Part shown: piece after piece, positions 37,702-46,497 of the stretch
Position numbering within the stretch: position 1 is the stretch's first letter
Layout of the letters: every line of letters starts with the position of its first letter
IMG/VR virus record: IMGVR_UViG_3300010938_000004
Location: 32,001-96,000 of that record
Reading direction: 5' to 3' (one strand)
Source of the DNA: a virus
DNA length: 64,000 nt
Translations under genes and position numbers: made by a program
The notes under the pieces: model-generated
Told to the model about the DNA's origin: nothing
Database searches by the model: none
What the model saw: only the letters and a program-made list of their open reading frames with translations

Positions 37702-39242
37702 ACCACCTCTCCCATCTCGGAATAGATCTTGATCCGCTTTTCCAGCTGGTTTATCAGCAGTTGACACCCCAAGAACCTAAAGTCACATATGGTAGTAGTT
37801 GGCTTCCGGGCGACTCCGTTTTCGTCCTCGTCGTTCCTGAGCGCCCGGCCAACCAACTGCTTGACCGCGCCCCTTGCAACTCCGCCCTGCAGGTTAATCA
37901 ACAGATCAACCGGCACCAAGTCTGCTCCCTCGCCCAAAGTAGAGGTGCCGATCAACACTTTCAGCTCGCGACGATTGAATGACTTGCACAGATCCTCCGA
38001 CGTCGAAAGACCTCCGTACACATAGCCAGAGCCAGGGATCTTCTCGTTAAGTCTCTTCCCGTGGTGTAGGTGTTCTACCATTATGAGCACACTCTGACCT
38101 GCCGCTACCGCGTCTTGAGTTAACCCCACTACCATGTCGTCCAGTGCGAAGTTCCCAGACAGCCAATTACAGTGGGCCTCAAGCGAATCCGAGCCGTCGT
38201 ACCTGTTGACCTTGATGGAATGCTCGGTTTCTTGTTTTGTCCGCTTATTGGTCACTATTTTCTTGTATTCACCATACGTCTGGTCTACGTCCATCACCAT
38301 GAAGGTCGGGCGCGCCAGGTAGCCGTCCTCGATAGCCTGTTTCACCGAATACTCATACACCACATCACCAGCAGCTGCGAATACTGCCAACGTAGAGCCA
38401 TCCGCTCGCTCTGGCTCGGCGGTTAGGCCGAACTTGAAGGTGGCATTCTTGAGGCGCTCGTTAAATACCTCTTCAAATGTAGAGGCCGGCGCATGATGAA
38501 CCTCATCTCCAATAACCAAGTCTACCGAGGAAAACTCCTCCGCGCTTGCTGCATAGACACTCTGGTAGGTAGCGATGGTAACATACCCCTTACTCTTCTT
38601 TCCCCCGCCCCATACGCCCACGTTCTTCTTTCCCAAGGCCTGCTCGAACTTCTCGATGGACTGCTTAAGGATGGGCACTGATGGCACCAGGAATAACGCA
38701 CGGAGCCCCATCTTACGGATAAGCTCTATTGCAAGGAGCGTCTTGCCAACTCCAGTTGGGAGGCAAATCGTCCCTCTCCATGGGGCTATCGAAGCGCCCT
38801 TCTCCCACAGCTCGCGGTTGGTCACCATCAAGACATCGAATGCTTCTTGCTGGGGCTTTCGCAGGTACCTGGGCCGCACCCCATCCAAAATCCTGCGCCT
38901 CCCCTCCACCGCCTCATAGGGATGAAAGACCATCTGAACACTCTCAGCTGGCACCTTACTGAGCACGTGGCTCAGTAAGCCCACAGGGAAGGTCACTACT
39001 CCATCTTGCGTGCGGGCCATGTGCACGATCTTCTTGCTCCGTAGTTCCTCGATGCGCTTTTCCTTCCCTGGATAGTCCGGAGCTTTACTGGCGCGCATAA
39101 GCTGGTAACTGATGCTTTTATTGGTGTACGAACAGGCAGAAACTACCAGCGCCTGCTCCAGGGCATTAACGCGTGCCTCACAATACTCCTTGTGCACTAT
39201 GACCTTCAATCTGACTACCCTTTCTTGTAGTGGATGACACAC
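37698..39242 (-). CDS. Superfamily 2 DNA helicase (UvsW/XPB-like)
   Basis: LPTGVGKT, DEVHH, GLTAEPER.DG, EGAD, QLVGRALR. Confidence 0.9.
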   Translation of the reverse strand: MCHPLQERVVRLKVIVHKEYCEARVNALEQALVVSACSYTNKSISYQLMRASKAPDYPGKEKRIEELRSKKIVHMARTQDGVVTFPVGLLSHVLSKVPAESVQMVFHPYEAVEGRRRILDGVRPRYLRKPQQEAFDVLMVTNRELWEKGASIAPWRGTICLPTGVGKTLLAIELIRKMGLRALFLVPSVPILKQSIEKFEQALGKKNVGVWGGGKKSKGYVTIATYQSVYAASAEEFSSVDLVIGDEVHHAPASTFEEVFNERLKNATFKFGLTAEPERADGSTLAVFAAAGDVVYEYSVKQAIEDGYLARPTFMVMDVDQTYGEYKKIVTNKRTKQETEHSIKVNRYDGSDSLEAHCNWLSGNFALDDMVVGLTQDAVAAGQSVLIMVEHLHHGKRLNEKIPGSGYVYGGLSTSEDLCKSFNRRELKVLIGTSTLGEGADLVPVDLLINLQGGVARGAVKQLVGRALRNDEDENGVARKPTTTICDFRFLGCQLLINQLEKRIKIYSEMGEVV

Positions 39243-39529
39243 AACATGGAGAGGCCTTTGCCTACTGGCCGCTTACACCCTTCATTAGAACAAGAGGCTC
39301 GACGCTTGGTTACTGTGATTGGTCTGTCAAACGAGGCGCAGTCTGCGCACATTCCGCCTGGTTTGAAAGCTTGCAGCTTCTTACAGCTTTCGCAGACGAC
39401 GTCTGCTGGCTTGAGACATCGCACTCTGACATTTCTTCGCCACGAGCTTGGGGCCCGGGGGCCCGAAAGTTTCTTTTGCTTGGGTGGAGAAAAATATCTC
39501 TCGTATATGCGCCTGATCGTCCTCGACAA
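39215..39529 (-). CDS. Small Cys-rich hypothetical protein
   Basis: CxxC pairs; same strand as neighbours. Confidence 0.45.
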   Translation of the reverse strand: MSRTIRRIYERYFSPPKQKKLSGPRAPSSWRRNVRVRCLKPADVVCESCKKLQAFKPGGMCADCASFDRPITVTKRRASCSNEGCKRPVGKGLSMLCVIHYKKG

Positions 39530-39550
39530 AAGCCCCTCCTGGGGAATGAG

Positions 39551-39751
39551 CTACAGGATCGTCAGAGCAAGCATCGAGAATAAAATCAAGATCTCCATCA
39601 AAGACTCGACAGGTCTTGACAGCTGATCCAGTATCACCGCGGCAATTAAGCACGCGACTCTGCTGACAGCAACGACAGACAGCCTGGTCAGGAATGCTGC
39701 GTCTGCCGCAGCAACGGTGATCATGTCCAGAATCTTTCGTCCATCTTGCAT
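39551..39751 (-). CDS. Small hydrophobic protein
   Basis: ATG 39751 right after upstream stop; hydrophobic segments. Confidence 0.45.
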   Translation of the reverse strand: MQDGRKILDMITVAAADAAFLTRLSVVAVSRVACLIAAVILDQLSRPVESLMEILILFSMLALTIL

Positions 39752-39755
39752 CTTA

Positions 39756-40589
39756 TCAATCGTCCACGTCTTCAGCAATAGGGATAATCGGCTCATGGTC
39801 TTCAGTGGGACCTTGCTCCATTTGAGCCATGAGGCTGGACAAAAACTCTTCCTTCGCGACCTCCCTGAGAAAACCGTACGCAATTCGCCGCGAGGTCGGC
39901 ATGTTGTACACGGCATCAGGCAATAGTCTATCCCTAAGAAGAGACTTCTGCTGCTCAGACAGGGACAGCAATTTCTGGATGGGCACTGCTGCTGCAGCGA
40001 TCGGAGACAAACTCAGTATCCACTGTTCCACAGTGCCACCTATAACTTTTTGCACTTCATCTTTGGTAAGGGTAACCCCCACAGGTCGAGAGGGGGGTAC
40101 CATGGTCTCAAGGTGCTTCAACATAGCTTCAAGTTTGTGGAGCTTGGCATCGACATCCATGAGAACCCACTCTTTGGCGGCCTTCACCGCCAAGTCAATA
40201 TCTGAGAAGCGAGATGACAAAGACTCTCGAACGGCATCTGCCGCAGCTAATAGTGACTCGCAACAAGGAGTCCCATACTTGGAGTAGTCATGTGCCGGCA
40301 GAAGGTGTTGCGCGTTCAATGCCTCTTGCTCCAGCGCCAAGAGTTGCTCTTTATCGTCGCCAAGCTCAGACATCTTCGCTCGAAGAGATTGTAAAAGCAG
40401 AGCGTGATCTTGCGCTGCACTACGCAACAGTGCTTCTTTTTTGACGAGAGCGTCGTATTGACCGCGGATCCTGGCCTCAGCTGCTGATAAGCGATCTTCC
40501 ACTGCGCGCTCATCAAGTAGTTGCTCCATAGCGGCTAAGATCTTCTCAGCCCTCTGCTGTTTCCATTTGTCTCCGAACTTCTCTTCCAT
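39756..40589 (-). CDS. Coiled-coil hypothetical protein
   Basis: 277 aa ORF with upstream TAATCT -10. Confidence 0.7.
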   Translation of the reverse strand: MEEKFGDKWKQQRAEKILAAMEQLLDERAVEDRLSAAEARIRGQYDALVKKEALLRSAAQDHALLLQSLRAKMSELGDDKEQLLALEQEALNAQHLLPAHDYSKYGTPCCESLLAAADAVRESLSSRFSDIDLAVKAAKEWVLMDVDAKLHKLEAMLKHLETMVPPSRPVGVTLTKDEVQKVIGGTVEQWILSLSPIAAAAVPIQKLLSLSEQQKSLLRDRLLPDAVYNMPTSRRIAYGFLREVAKEEFLSSLMAQMEQGPTEDHEPIIPIAEDVDD

Positions 40590-40597
40590 GTGGCGTA

Positions 40598-40671
40598 AGA
40601 TTACCGCACGCGGCGATAGCTGCGCAACGCAAGTTTAAAACTTGCTCTTGGCCTCTCATGGGCCATAGACT
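40598..40671. promoter_or_regulatory. Divergent promoters with central palindrome
   Basis: Leftward TTGCGC-18-TAATCT, rightward TTGCTC-18-TAGACT; GCAAGTTT-A-AAACTTGC at 40629-40645. Confidence 0.55.
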
Positions 40672-40676
40672 CAACA

Positions 40677-41729
40677 ATGAGAAGGAGTACTATGAAGGAC
40701 CTCGCTTTTGAAGAAGCCATTGGCAGCTTGGCCTGCCTCAAGGCGACACGCAAGCTGTCTAACTCCGACACTGACCCGGTGGCCGTATACCTGAGGCGTC
40801 AATACTCGCAGGCCGATAAATTTGGCAAAATCTCTGTGTATGCGGTCAGCGTAGTGAATATGATTTTGACACAACGTAGAGCTGTATTCACCATAGCCCG
40901 GCGCACGCTGGCGAGGAGCATTAAGGCGGATGAGAATCACTCCGCCGGCTTCGATAACAATGAGTACAAAACCCTACTGGCATTCCTCACCTCGGGACTG
41001 GGCCTCATCAAGATCGCCCACGCGGGCAACGGCAGGTCTCCCCACCTTTACGAAGTGGTCGACGAATCTCTCCTGTCCTTGATGCGCCTGTCTAAAGAGC
41101 AGGTAATTGAACAGAAAATATACGCCATGAAGCTCCTCCACCCTAACAGCTTCGATGAGCGTAGCGGTCTGAAAAGCGGTCTGAAAAGCGGTCTGAAAAG
41201 CGGTCTGAAAAGCGGTCTGAAAACTACAGACCGCAAAGCAGACCGCAAAGCAGACCGCAAAGCAGACCAGGAGAAGGAGAAGGAGGTGGAGCAGGAGAGA
41301 TCTATAAGATCTATTAATAGATCTAGTATTAGATCTACTTCTTCATCTGAAGATCATCTTCAACCTGAAGAACCAGATCTCTCTCATAAGAAAATCTTTT
41401 CTTGGGAAGAACTCCCGGAAGTAAAATTTTCAGTCAAGGCGGCAGCGACAAGTGCTCCAGCCAAATACAACCCAAGAGATCTTGGGCTCAGGGTTGGAAA
41501 ACTTTTTGACAAGCATCACGATGCTGTGTGGAAATTCATTAATTTAATTCCTAACTTACTGCCCTCTGGAAAATTCTCTCAACAACAAGCCCAGGCTCAG
41601 ATAGCTGGTCTTGTACATCTTGCCTCTAAGAAAAAGATCATAAAAAAACAAATACTTAAGGCTTCAATTAAAGTCCAAAAAATGACAAAGGTCAATGACC
41701 TAGAAGATGATATTCCTCCATTAATTTAA
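40677..41729 (+). CDS. Putative replication initiator with internal origin
   Basis: Winged-helix-like N-terminus, low-complexity linker encoded by DNA repeats, AT-rich 3' half (lambda O-like layout). Confidence 0.6.
   Translation: MRRSTMKDLAFEEAIGSLACLKATRKLSNSDTDPVAVYLRRQYSQADKFGKISVYAVSVVNMILTQRRAVFTIARRTLARSIKADENHSAGFDNNEYKTLLAFLTSGLGLIKIAHAGNGRSPHLYEVVDESLLSLMRLSKEQVIEQKIYAMKLLHPNSFDERSGLKSGLKSGLKSGLKSGLKTTDRKADRKADRKADQEKEKEVEQERSIRSINRSSIRSTSSSEDHLQPEEPDLSHKKIFSWEELPEVKFSVKAAATSAPAKYNPRDLGLRVGKLFDKHHDAVWKFINLIPNLLPSGKFSQQQAQAQIAGLVHLASKKKIIKKQILKASIKVQKMTKVNDLEDDIPPLI
41163..41268. repeat. Iteron-like arrays: 5x AGCGGTCTGAAA then 3.5x CAGACCGCAAAG
   Basis: 12-bp period; cores GCGGTCTG and CAGACCGC are reverse complements. 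Confidence 0.92.
41298..41380. repeat. AGATCT cluster in AT-rich tract
   Basis: AGATCT at 41298, 41307, 41319, 41331, 41375. Confidence 0.85.
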
Positions 41730-41780
41730 CTATATACATAAACAGAACCCTGTCCCTGTGAGAGAGAGTACACTCCCTGC

Positions 41781-42404
41781 GTGAATGCCGAAGCAGCCCG
41801 TGCCATCCTGCAGCAAGACCTAGCTAGAATTTTTTCCGACGTAAAGCAACTTAACTCCGCAAGACAACAGGCAGAAAGAATCGCCGACGCTGTGCATCGC
41901 TACGCAGTTTCCTGCGAGGCTTTTGAGTTGGTAAAGTTTTCTGGCTTTACCGGACCAGGCAACGGGGGCATTGACCAACGCCCTCCGGGCCCCGGGATGA
42001 GCGCAACCGTGTCTTTGCTGGAGTCTGACTTGTGCCAGGTTTTCAACCATGGTGACGCGCTAGGAACCCACGAGGAGTTTGCGCGAAGATTCTCCGTGGC
42101 AGTAAACGCCCACTACCTTCGCGCATGGACGAAGACGATGGCTTCTAAGTCTAGCTCAAGCTACCGCACGACCATCGGCGGTCTGGACAAACGCGGAGGA
42201 GCGATCGGGTTAACCACAGCAAAACCTGCCTTTGTTGCGGCTTTGACCCAGGTATACTCTGGCGTTCAGTCGCTCGTAACCATCAGCGAAGTCGCTAGGC
42301 GTATCGCGGTCGCGATCAGTGAGTTCTTGTGCTCTGGCCGAGTAATTTTCATTGGCTCGGTATCTGGTTCGGTGGGTGTCTCCACCAGGAGTCAGATTTC
42401 GTGA
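41781..42404 (+). CDS. Hypothetical protein with three internal helical repeats
   Basis: L..(I/V)(F/Y)..A.R(I/F)..A(V/I) x3. Confidence 0.6.
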   Translation: MNAEAARAILQQDLARIFSDVKQLNSARQQAERIADAVHRYAVSCEAFELVKFSGFTGPGNGGIDQRPPGPGMSATVSLLESDLCQVFNHGDALGTHEEFARRFSVAVNAHYLRAWTKTMASKSSSSYRTTIGGLDKRGGAIGLTTAKPAFVAALTQVYSGVQSLVTISEVARRIAVAISEFLCSGRVIFIGSVSGSVGVSTRSQIS

Positions 42405-42565
42405 AGTCGCAAATGCAAGTCTCGATCTGGTTCATACATGGCGAAATTTCTGGCGCCAAGGCCCCGCCCTTCGTTTTGGATTTTAAAAACCATCCACGGC
42501 ATGGTTTTGAGCCGTCGTTGATTGGCGACCCATTAGCGCCGATGCCGCAAGGTGCGTCAATATGA
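42401..42565 (+). CDS. Small hypothetical protein
   Basis: GTGA and ATGA overlaps with both neighbours. Confidence 0.4.
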   Translation: MKSQMQVSIWFIHGEISGAKAPPFVLDFKNHPRHGFEPSLIGDPLAPMPQGASI

Positions 42566-43173
42566 AGCGAGAACGATCCCACGTGTTGATCGCTCGGTTC
42601 CCATACGGGAAATTAGACGCTTTGCGTCGAGCGATCGAGCTGTATAAATCTTCTACAGAAGACCGAGCGCTGGGCTTTTTTGTGGTGCCCATCATGGTCG
42701 ACGATCCGGGCAGCATGCAGCAAGTGTTCGAGGCTTTCTCTAGTGAGGGATTGCGCATCGCAACCATCGCATGTTGGTATCGAAATCGACACATCGTCAC
42801 CGCCAAAGGCAACAAGCTCACGAACACCTGGGAGCCTGTGTTTGTCGTCTACAAGTCCGATGACTACGTCATGAACAGGGCCTCCGTGATGAAGATCAAA
42901 AAAGATCGCGAGTCGAAGTCAGACATGTTTGACGAGGACGAGTATCTTACGTGCCTAGGGGATCATTGGCCCATTCGCAACGATCCGCGGGACAGGCGTT
43001 TTCTTCCGGCGCAGCTAGTGCTAAACTGCGGGCAGTTGGCCGATTTGAAGCCGGGAGATCGGGTCTTAGATCCGATTGGCATGCCGACGATAAAAGAGAC
43101 GTGCCAGCAGTTGGGGTGGAAGTACGTAATGGACGCGTTGACAGCGACGCGTTTGCCGACGAGGAGAAAGTAA
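42562..43173 (+). CDS. Degenerate N4/N6 DNA methyltransferase-like protein
   Basis: WEPVFVVYK, P.QLV, PGDRVLDP, LGWKY; canonical DPPY and FxGxG missing. Confidence 0.55.
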   Translation: MKRERSHVLIARFPYGKLDALRRAIELYKSSTEDRALGFFVVPIMVDDPGSMQQVFEAFSSEGLRIATIACWYRNRHIVTAKGNKLTNTWEPVFVVYKSDDYVMNRASVMKIKKDRESKSDMFDEDEYLTCLGDHWPIRNDPRDRRFLPAQLVLNCGQLADLKPGDRVLDPIGMPTIKETCQQLGWKYVMDALTATRLPTRRK

Positions 43174-43174
43174 C

Positions 43175-44917
43175 ATGAGCAAGCACACTGGATACGACAA
43201 GAAAGAGCTGGCACGAGTAACTATGGCCGCACTTCAGGACATGGCGGGCGTCGTAAAGTCCACTCTCGGCCCGGCCGGGCGGACGGTCATTATTGAGTTG
43301 CCCAATGGGCACCCGCTTGTGACGAAAGATGGCGTGACGGTGGCTCGCCACTACGGCTCCGGTACTAGCCATGTGCAGGACGTGATCGCTCGCGTGGTTA
43401 GGGAAGCTTGCGAACGCACCGGCAACGAAGTGGGAGATGGCACTACGACTGCGATCGTTTTGACGGAAGCGATCGTGCGATTGGGTCAGGAATTTTTACA
43501 GGCGAATCCGAGCTACAGTCCCGAGAAGCTCTCGCGAGACCTGACCTCAGCCTACAAGGATTTTTTGCTCGTGATGCAGAACACCAACTTCGCTACGCAG
43601 GTGAAGGACAAGAAGATTGAGGATGCGAACGCCCTAATCAAATTTGTGGCCATGGTCAGCGCCAATCACGATGAGGCGATCGCTGACGCGGTGGTGCAGG
43701 CAGTGGAGCAAGTGGGCCTCGACGGTATGCTGCGCGCCGAGGAAGGAGTCGGTCACTCTACGTCGGTGACGATGGAGAAGGGTTTTCCTGTCCGCACTGG
43801 CTTTAGGGAGATTGGCGGCCCCGCGGAGGTGGCGTTCTTGAACAACCAGTCTCGCGGCGAGTGCATCCTGGAAGAATCCCTGATTGCTCTGTATGACGGA
43901 GACATCACCGATTCGGCTCAACTTATCCCGATCATGACGGCGTTGACGAGTCTGTACCAGGGCACAGGCTCACCCCCTCCTCCGGTGGTGTTCGTGGCGC
44001 ATTCTTTCACCCCGCCTGTGCTTAGGTACATGGCAGAAGCCTTCCGCAAGCACTTCTACGTGGTGCCGTACGTGACGCACATGCACATGCAGCAGCACGG
44101 CAAGCAGCTGTTTCTGCATGACCTGGCGGCGTACGTCGGCGGGAAGATTTTTGAGCCTCACGGCACTCGCTTGGAGCAAGCGAAGCCTGAAGATCTAGGC
44201 GGCGCAGACCGCGTGGTCATCGGCCAGAACAACGCCGCCTTTTTCGTGGAAACTCCCGATCCTGCTCGACTTCAAGCTCGCGTCGACGATTTGAAGGCAC
44301 AGCTTGCGACCGAGAATGAGCACGCGAAGAGCCAGATCCGGTTCCGGATTGGCCAGCTCTCTGGTGGCATTGCCGTCATTCTGGCTGGCGGAGCCACCTC
44401 AGCTGAGGCTAAGGAGCGTCAGGCTCGTCTTGTGGACGCGATCTCCGCGGTGAGGGCGGCCATTGATTCTGGGATTGTTCCAGGCGGAGGGGCCACCTTC
44501 CTGTGGTTGGCACAGCAGATCCGCAACCTGTACGCCCCAGAAGCGCCTATGCTTCCCCATCATCAGATTCTGTTCGAGGCTCTTCGAGTTCCTTTCCGCC
44601 AGGTCCTGCAGAACGCGGGCTTCGATGCGGACAGTATCGAGCAGACGGTGTTGGAAAAGACGGCAAAATCCGGCGTGCAGCACGTCTTTAATGTGCTTAC
44701 CGAGCAAGTGGGCCCGTGGAATGAGGTGGGCATCGCTGATCCCGCGAAGGTGATTACGTCGGCATTGGGTAATGCGCTCTCGGTTGCCAAGACTCTCATC
44801 ACTTTGGGCGGCTTTATTGTGCGACGTAACGCGGAAGAAGAAGAGCGCACCCGTGCTATGAGCGAGGGGCTTATCCGGGCTATCAATTACCAGGAGCAGG
44901 GAGGCGACCTTGCTTAA
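43175..44917 (+). CDS. groEL: Phage chaperonin GroEL-like
   Basis: STLGPAGR, TKDGVTVA, GDGTTTA, SAN, GIVPGGG, DPAKV. Confidence 0.95.
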   Translation: MSKHTGYDKKELARVTMAALQDMAGVVKSTLGPAGRTVIIELPNGHPLVTKDGVTVARHYGSGTSHVQDVIARVVREACERTGNEVGDGTTTAIVLTEAIVRLGQEFLQANPSYSPEKLSRDLTSAYKDFLLVMQNTNFATQVKDKKIEDANALIKFVAMVSANHDEAIADAVVQAVEQVGLDGMLRAEEGVGHSTSVTMEKGFPVRTGFREIGGPAEVAFLNNQSRGECILEESLIALYDGDITDSAQLIPIMTALTSLYQGTGSPPPPVVFVAHSFTPPVLRYMAEAFRKHFYVVPYVTHMHMQQHGKQLFLHDLAAYVGGKIFEPHGTRLEQAKPEDLGGADRVVIGQNNAAFFVETPDPARLQARVDDLKAQLATENEHAKSQIRFRIGQLSGGIAVILAGGATSAEAKERQARLVDAISAVRAAIDSGIVPGGGATFLWLAQQIRNLYAPEAPMLPHHQILFEALRVPFRQVLQNAGFDADSIEQTVLEKTAKSGVQHVFNVLTEQVGPWNEVGIADPAKVITSALGNALSVAKTLITLGGFIVRRNAEEEERTRAMSEGLIRAINYQEQGGDLA

Positions 44918-45203
44918 GGAAGTGTGGAACTCGTTTCCGTGGTACTTGAAGATCTTGCTGGTGGTGGGCGTTCCCGTCATCTTGTTGCTGGCCCTTACGA
45001 GCTTCGGCCGATCGATACTACGAGGTTTCATGGCGGCGAGGATCGAGAAGATTAACGACGGGAAGTTGAACGAGCTGGGTAAGGAGATTGACAGACTGAC
45101 CGGAAAGAGCGATACGATTAAGTCGAACATCGACCAGCTTGAGAAACAACGGGCCGAGATCAAGACGGAAGAGAACACCGTCGACTTCCACAACAAGAGG
45201 TAG
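44910..45203 (+). CDS. Membrane-anchored coiled-coil protein (i-spanin-like)
   Basis: N-terminal TM followed by coiled coil. Confidence 0.5.
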   Translation: MLKEVWNSFPWYLKILLVVGVPVILLLALTSFGRSILRGFMAARIEKINDGKLNELGKEIDRLTGKSDTIKSNIDQLEKQRAEIKTEENTVDFHNKR

Positions 45204-45205
45204 AG

Positions 45206-45592
45206 ATGCGACCCTTCGTGGTGTTCATGATGCTGCCATTGCTTGCCTGGGGAGACTGTCCGAACGCTATCCGGCTCAAGGTGGGCGATCGAGTTTCCGA
45301 TTGCGATCGCATCGGGTACTCAGAGGCCTACGACCAGCGCGTCGTTAAAGAGCTGAAGGACTATAAACTCCTTCAGGAGATCGACCTGCAGAAGGACAGC
45401 CTGATTAAGAACCAGGATCTGCGAATCAAGACCCAGTCGGAGATGATCCAGACGTGGGCTGAGGATTCTCAGTACTTTCGTACAGCGTACAAAGAGGAGC
45501 GGGACGCGGGGAATTTGAAGCTCTACTTGGGGGTTTTCATGGGGGTTCTTTTGTCGGGGTTTGCGGTATGGGGAGCCTCTCAACTCAGGTGA
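45206..45592 (+). CDS. Signal-peptide coiled-coil protein with C-terminal TM
   Basis: Hydrophobic N- and C-termini. Confidence 0.55.
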   Translation: MRPFVVFMMLPLLAWGDCPNAIRLKVGDRVSDCDRIGYSEAYDQRVVKELKDYKLLQEIDLQKDSLIKNQDLRIKTQSEMIQTWAEDSQYFRTAYKEERDAGNLKLYLGVFMGVLLSGFAVWGASQLR

Positions 45593-45595
45593 TGC

Positions 45596-45907
45596 GTGCC
45601 TCTTTACTATTTTCAGTGTGATGCGTGCCAGACTGGCTCTTCGTTTCAGCTGGCTTTTGAGCAGCGAAACGAATCCCAGCTCTGTGACTGTGGTGGCTCG
45701 ATGACTCGCCGTTTGTCTCCCCCCATGATGAACGAGATGGAGACCATCGACTACGCTAAGAATCGCTCTCGTGTGGCTAGGACAGAAGAGCTGCTTGATG
45801 ATCGAGATAGGAGAGTTAGTGAAGCCAAGGTGGAGCAGAAGGTGGAGCACATTGGGCAAGCTGCTGCGGTTGAGCAGGGCCTGATTCCCGACAAGAGGGT
45901 GTTGTGA
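45596..45907 (+). CDS. FmdB-family zinc-ribbon protein
   Basis: MPLY.F.C..C...CDCGG..RRLS. Confidence 0.75.
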   Translation: MPLYYFQCDACQTGSSFQLAFEQRNESQLCDCGGSMTRRLSPPMMNEMETIDYAKNRSRVARTEELLDDRDRRVSEAKVEQKVEHIGQAAAVEQGLIPDKRVL

Positions 45908-46104
45908 ATTTAAATTCTTGGTATCTTGCACTAGACACTATGAATATCGAACAGGCGCGAGTGGTCAAGCTATGGCGAGAGCACTACGCCTGGGGTCTGA
46001 TTTCAAGGAAGTGGTTTGAAAGATACGGGATAGGTCCTGAGTATAGTCGAGTTTTTGGACATGAGTTGTGCGATCTCGCAGCTAAGATCTTGGGTGATGA
46101 TTAA
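45904..46104 (+). CDS. Small hypothetical protein
   Basis: GTGA overlap with upstream gene. Confidence 0.5.
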   Translation: MNLNSWYLALDTMNIEQARVVKLWREHYAWGLISRKWFERYGIGPEYSRVFGHELCDLAAKILGDD

Positions 46105-46131
46105 CTGAGAGCCCGTGGTACAGTAGTTGAC

Positions 46132-46194
46132 CGCCTCTAAGCGTAAACCAGGAATTGGGCATCCAGTCCCGAGACTGCAAGACGCTTAGAGGTG
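46132..46194 (+). ncRNA. Putative structured 5' leader RNA
   Basis: 13-bp closing stem with internal CAGTC-CCGA-GACTG hairpin, 7 nt after TGG-TACAGT. Confidence 0.4.
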
Positions 46195-46212
46195 ATATAA
46201 AGGGAGGAATCT

Positions 46213-46497
46213 ATGGCCAAGAAGTCGAAAGAGAAAGAGCTGCCTTTCGGAGTGACCCAGGAGTTTTTGTCCGAAGTGGCCAGCATGACTGTCGAGCAGA
46301 AGAAGAACGCCATCGTTAAGCTGGAGAATGAAATCGAGAACGCGTCGGAGGAGGTTAAGCTCAATGACGCGATCATCAATGCCAAGAACCAGCTGGATTA
46401 CGTTCAGGGACCGTTCAAGGACTCCATCAAGACCTTTAAGAATCGCAAGAAGATCCTCTTGAAGGAGCTGAAGGACGCCGGAGTGTTTGACGCATGA
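46213..46497 (+). CDS. Hypothetical coiled-coil protein
   Basis: Strong SD GGAGG. Confidence 0.75.
   Translation: MAKKSKEKELPFGVTQEFLSEVASMTVEQKKNAIVKLENEIENASEEVKLNDAIINAKNQLDYVQGPFKDSIKTFKNRKKILLKELKDAGVFDA

Noticed and set aside
46145-46181. c-di-GMP-I (GEMM) riboswitch
   Set aside because: Only a fleeting AAACCA..GGG resemblance; GCAAA linker and second conserved stem not evident
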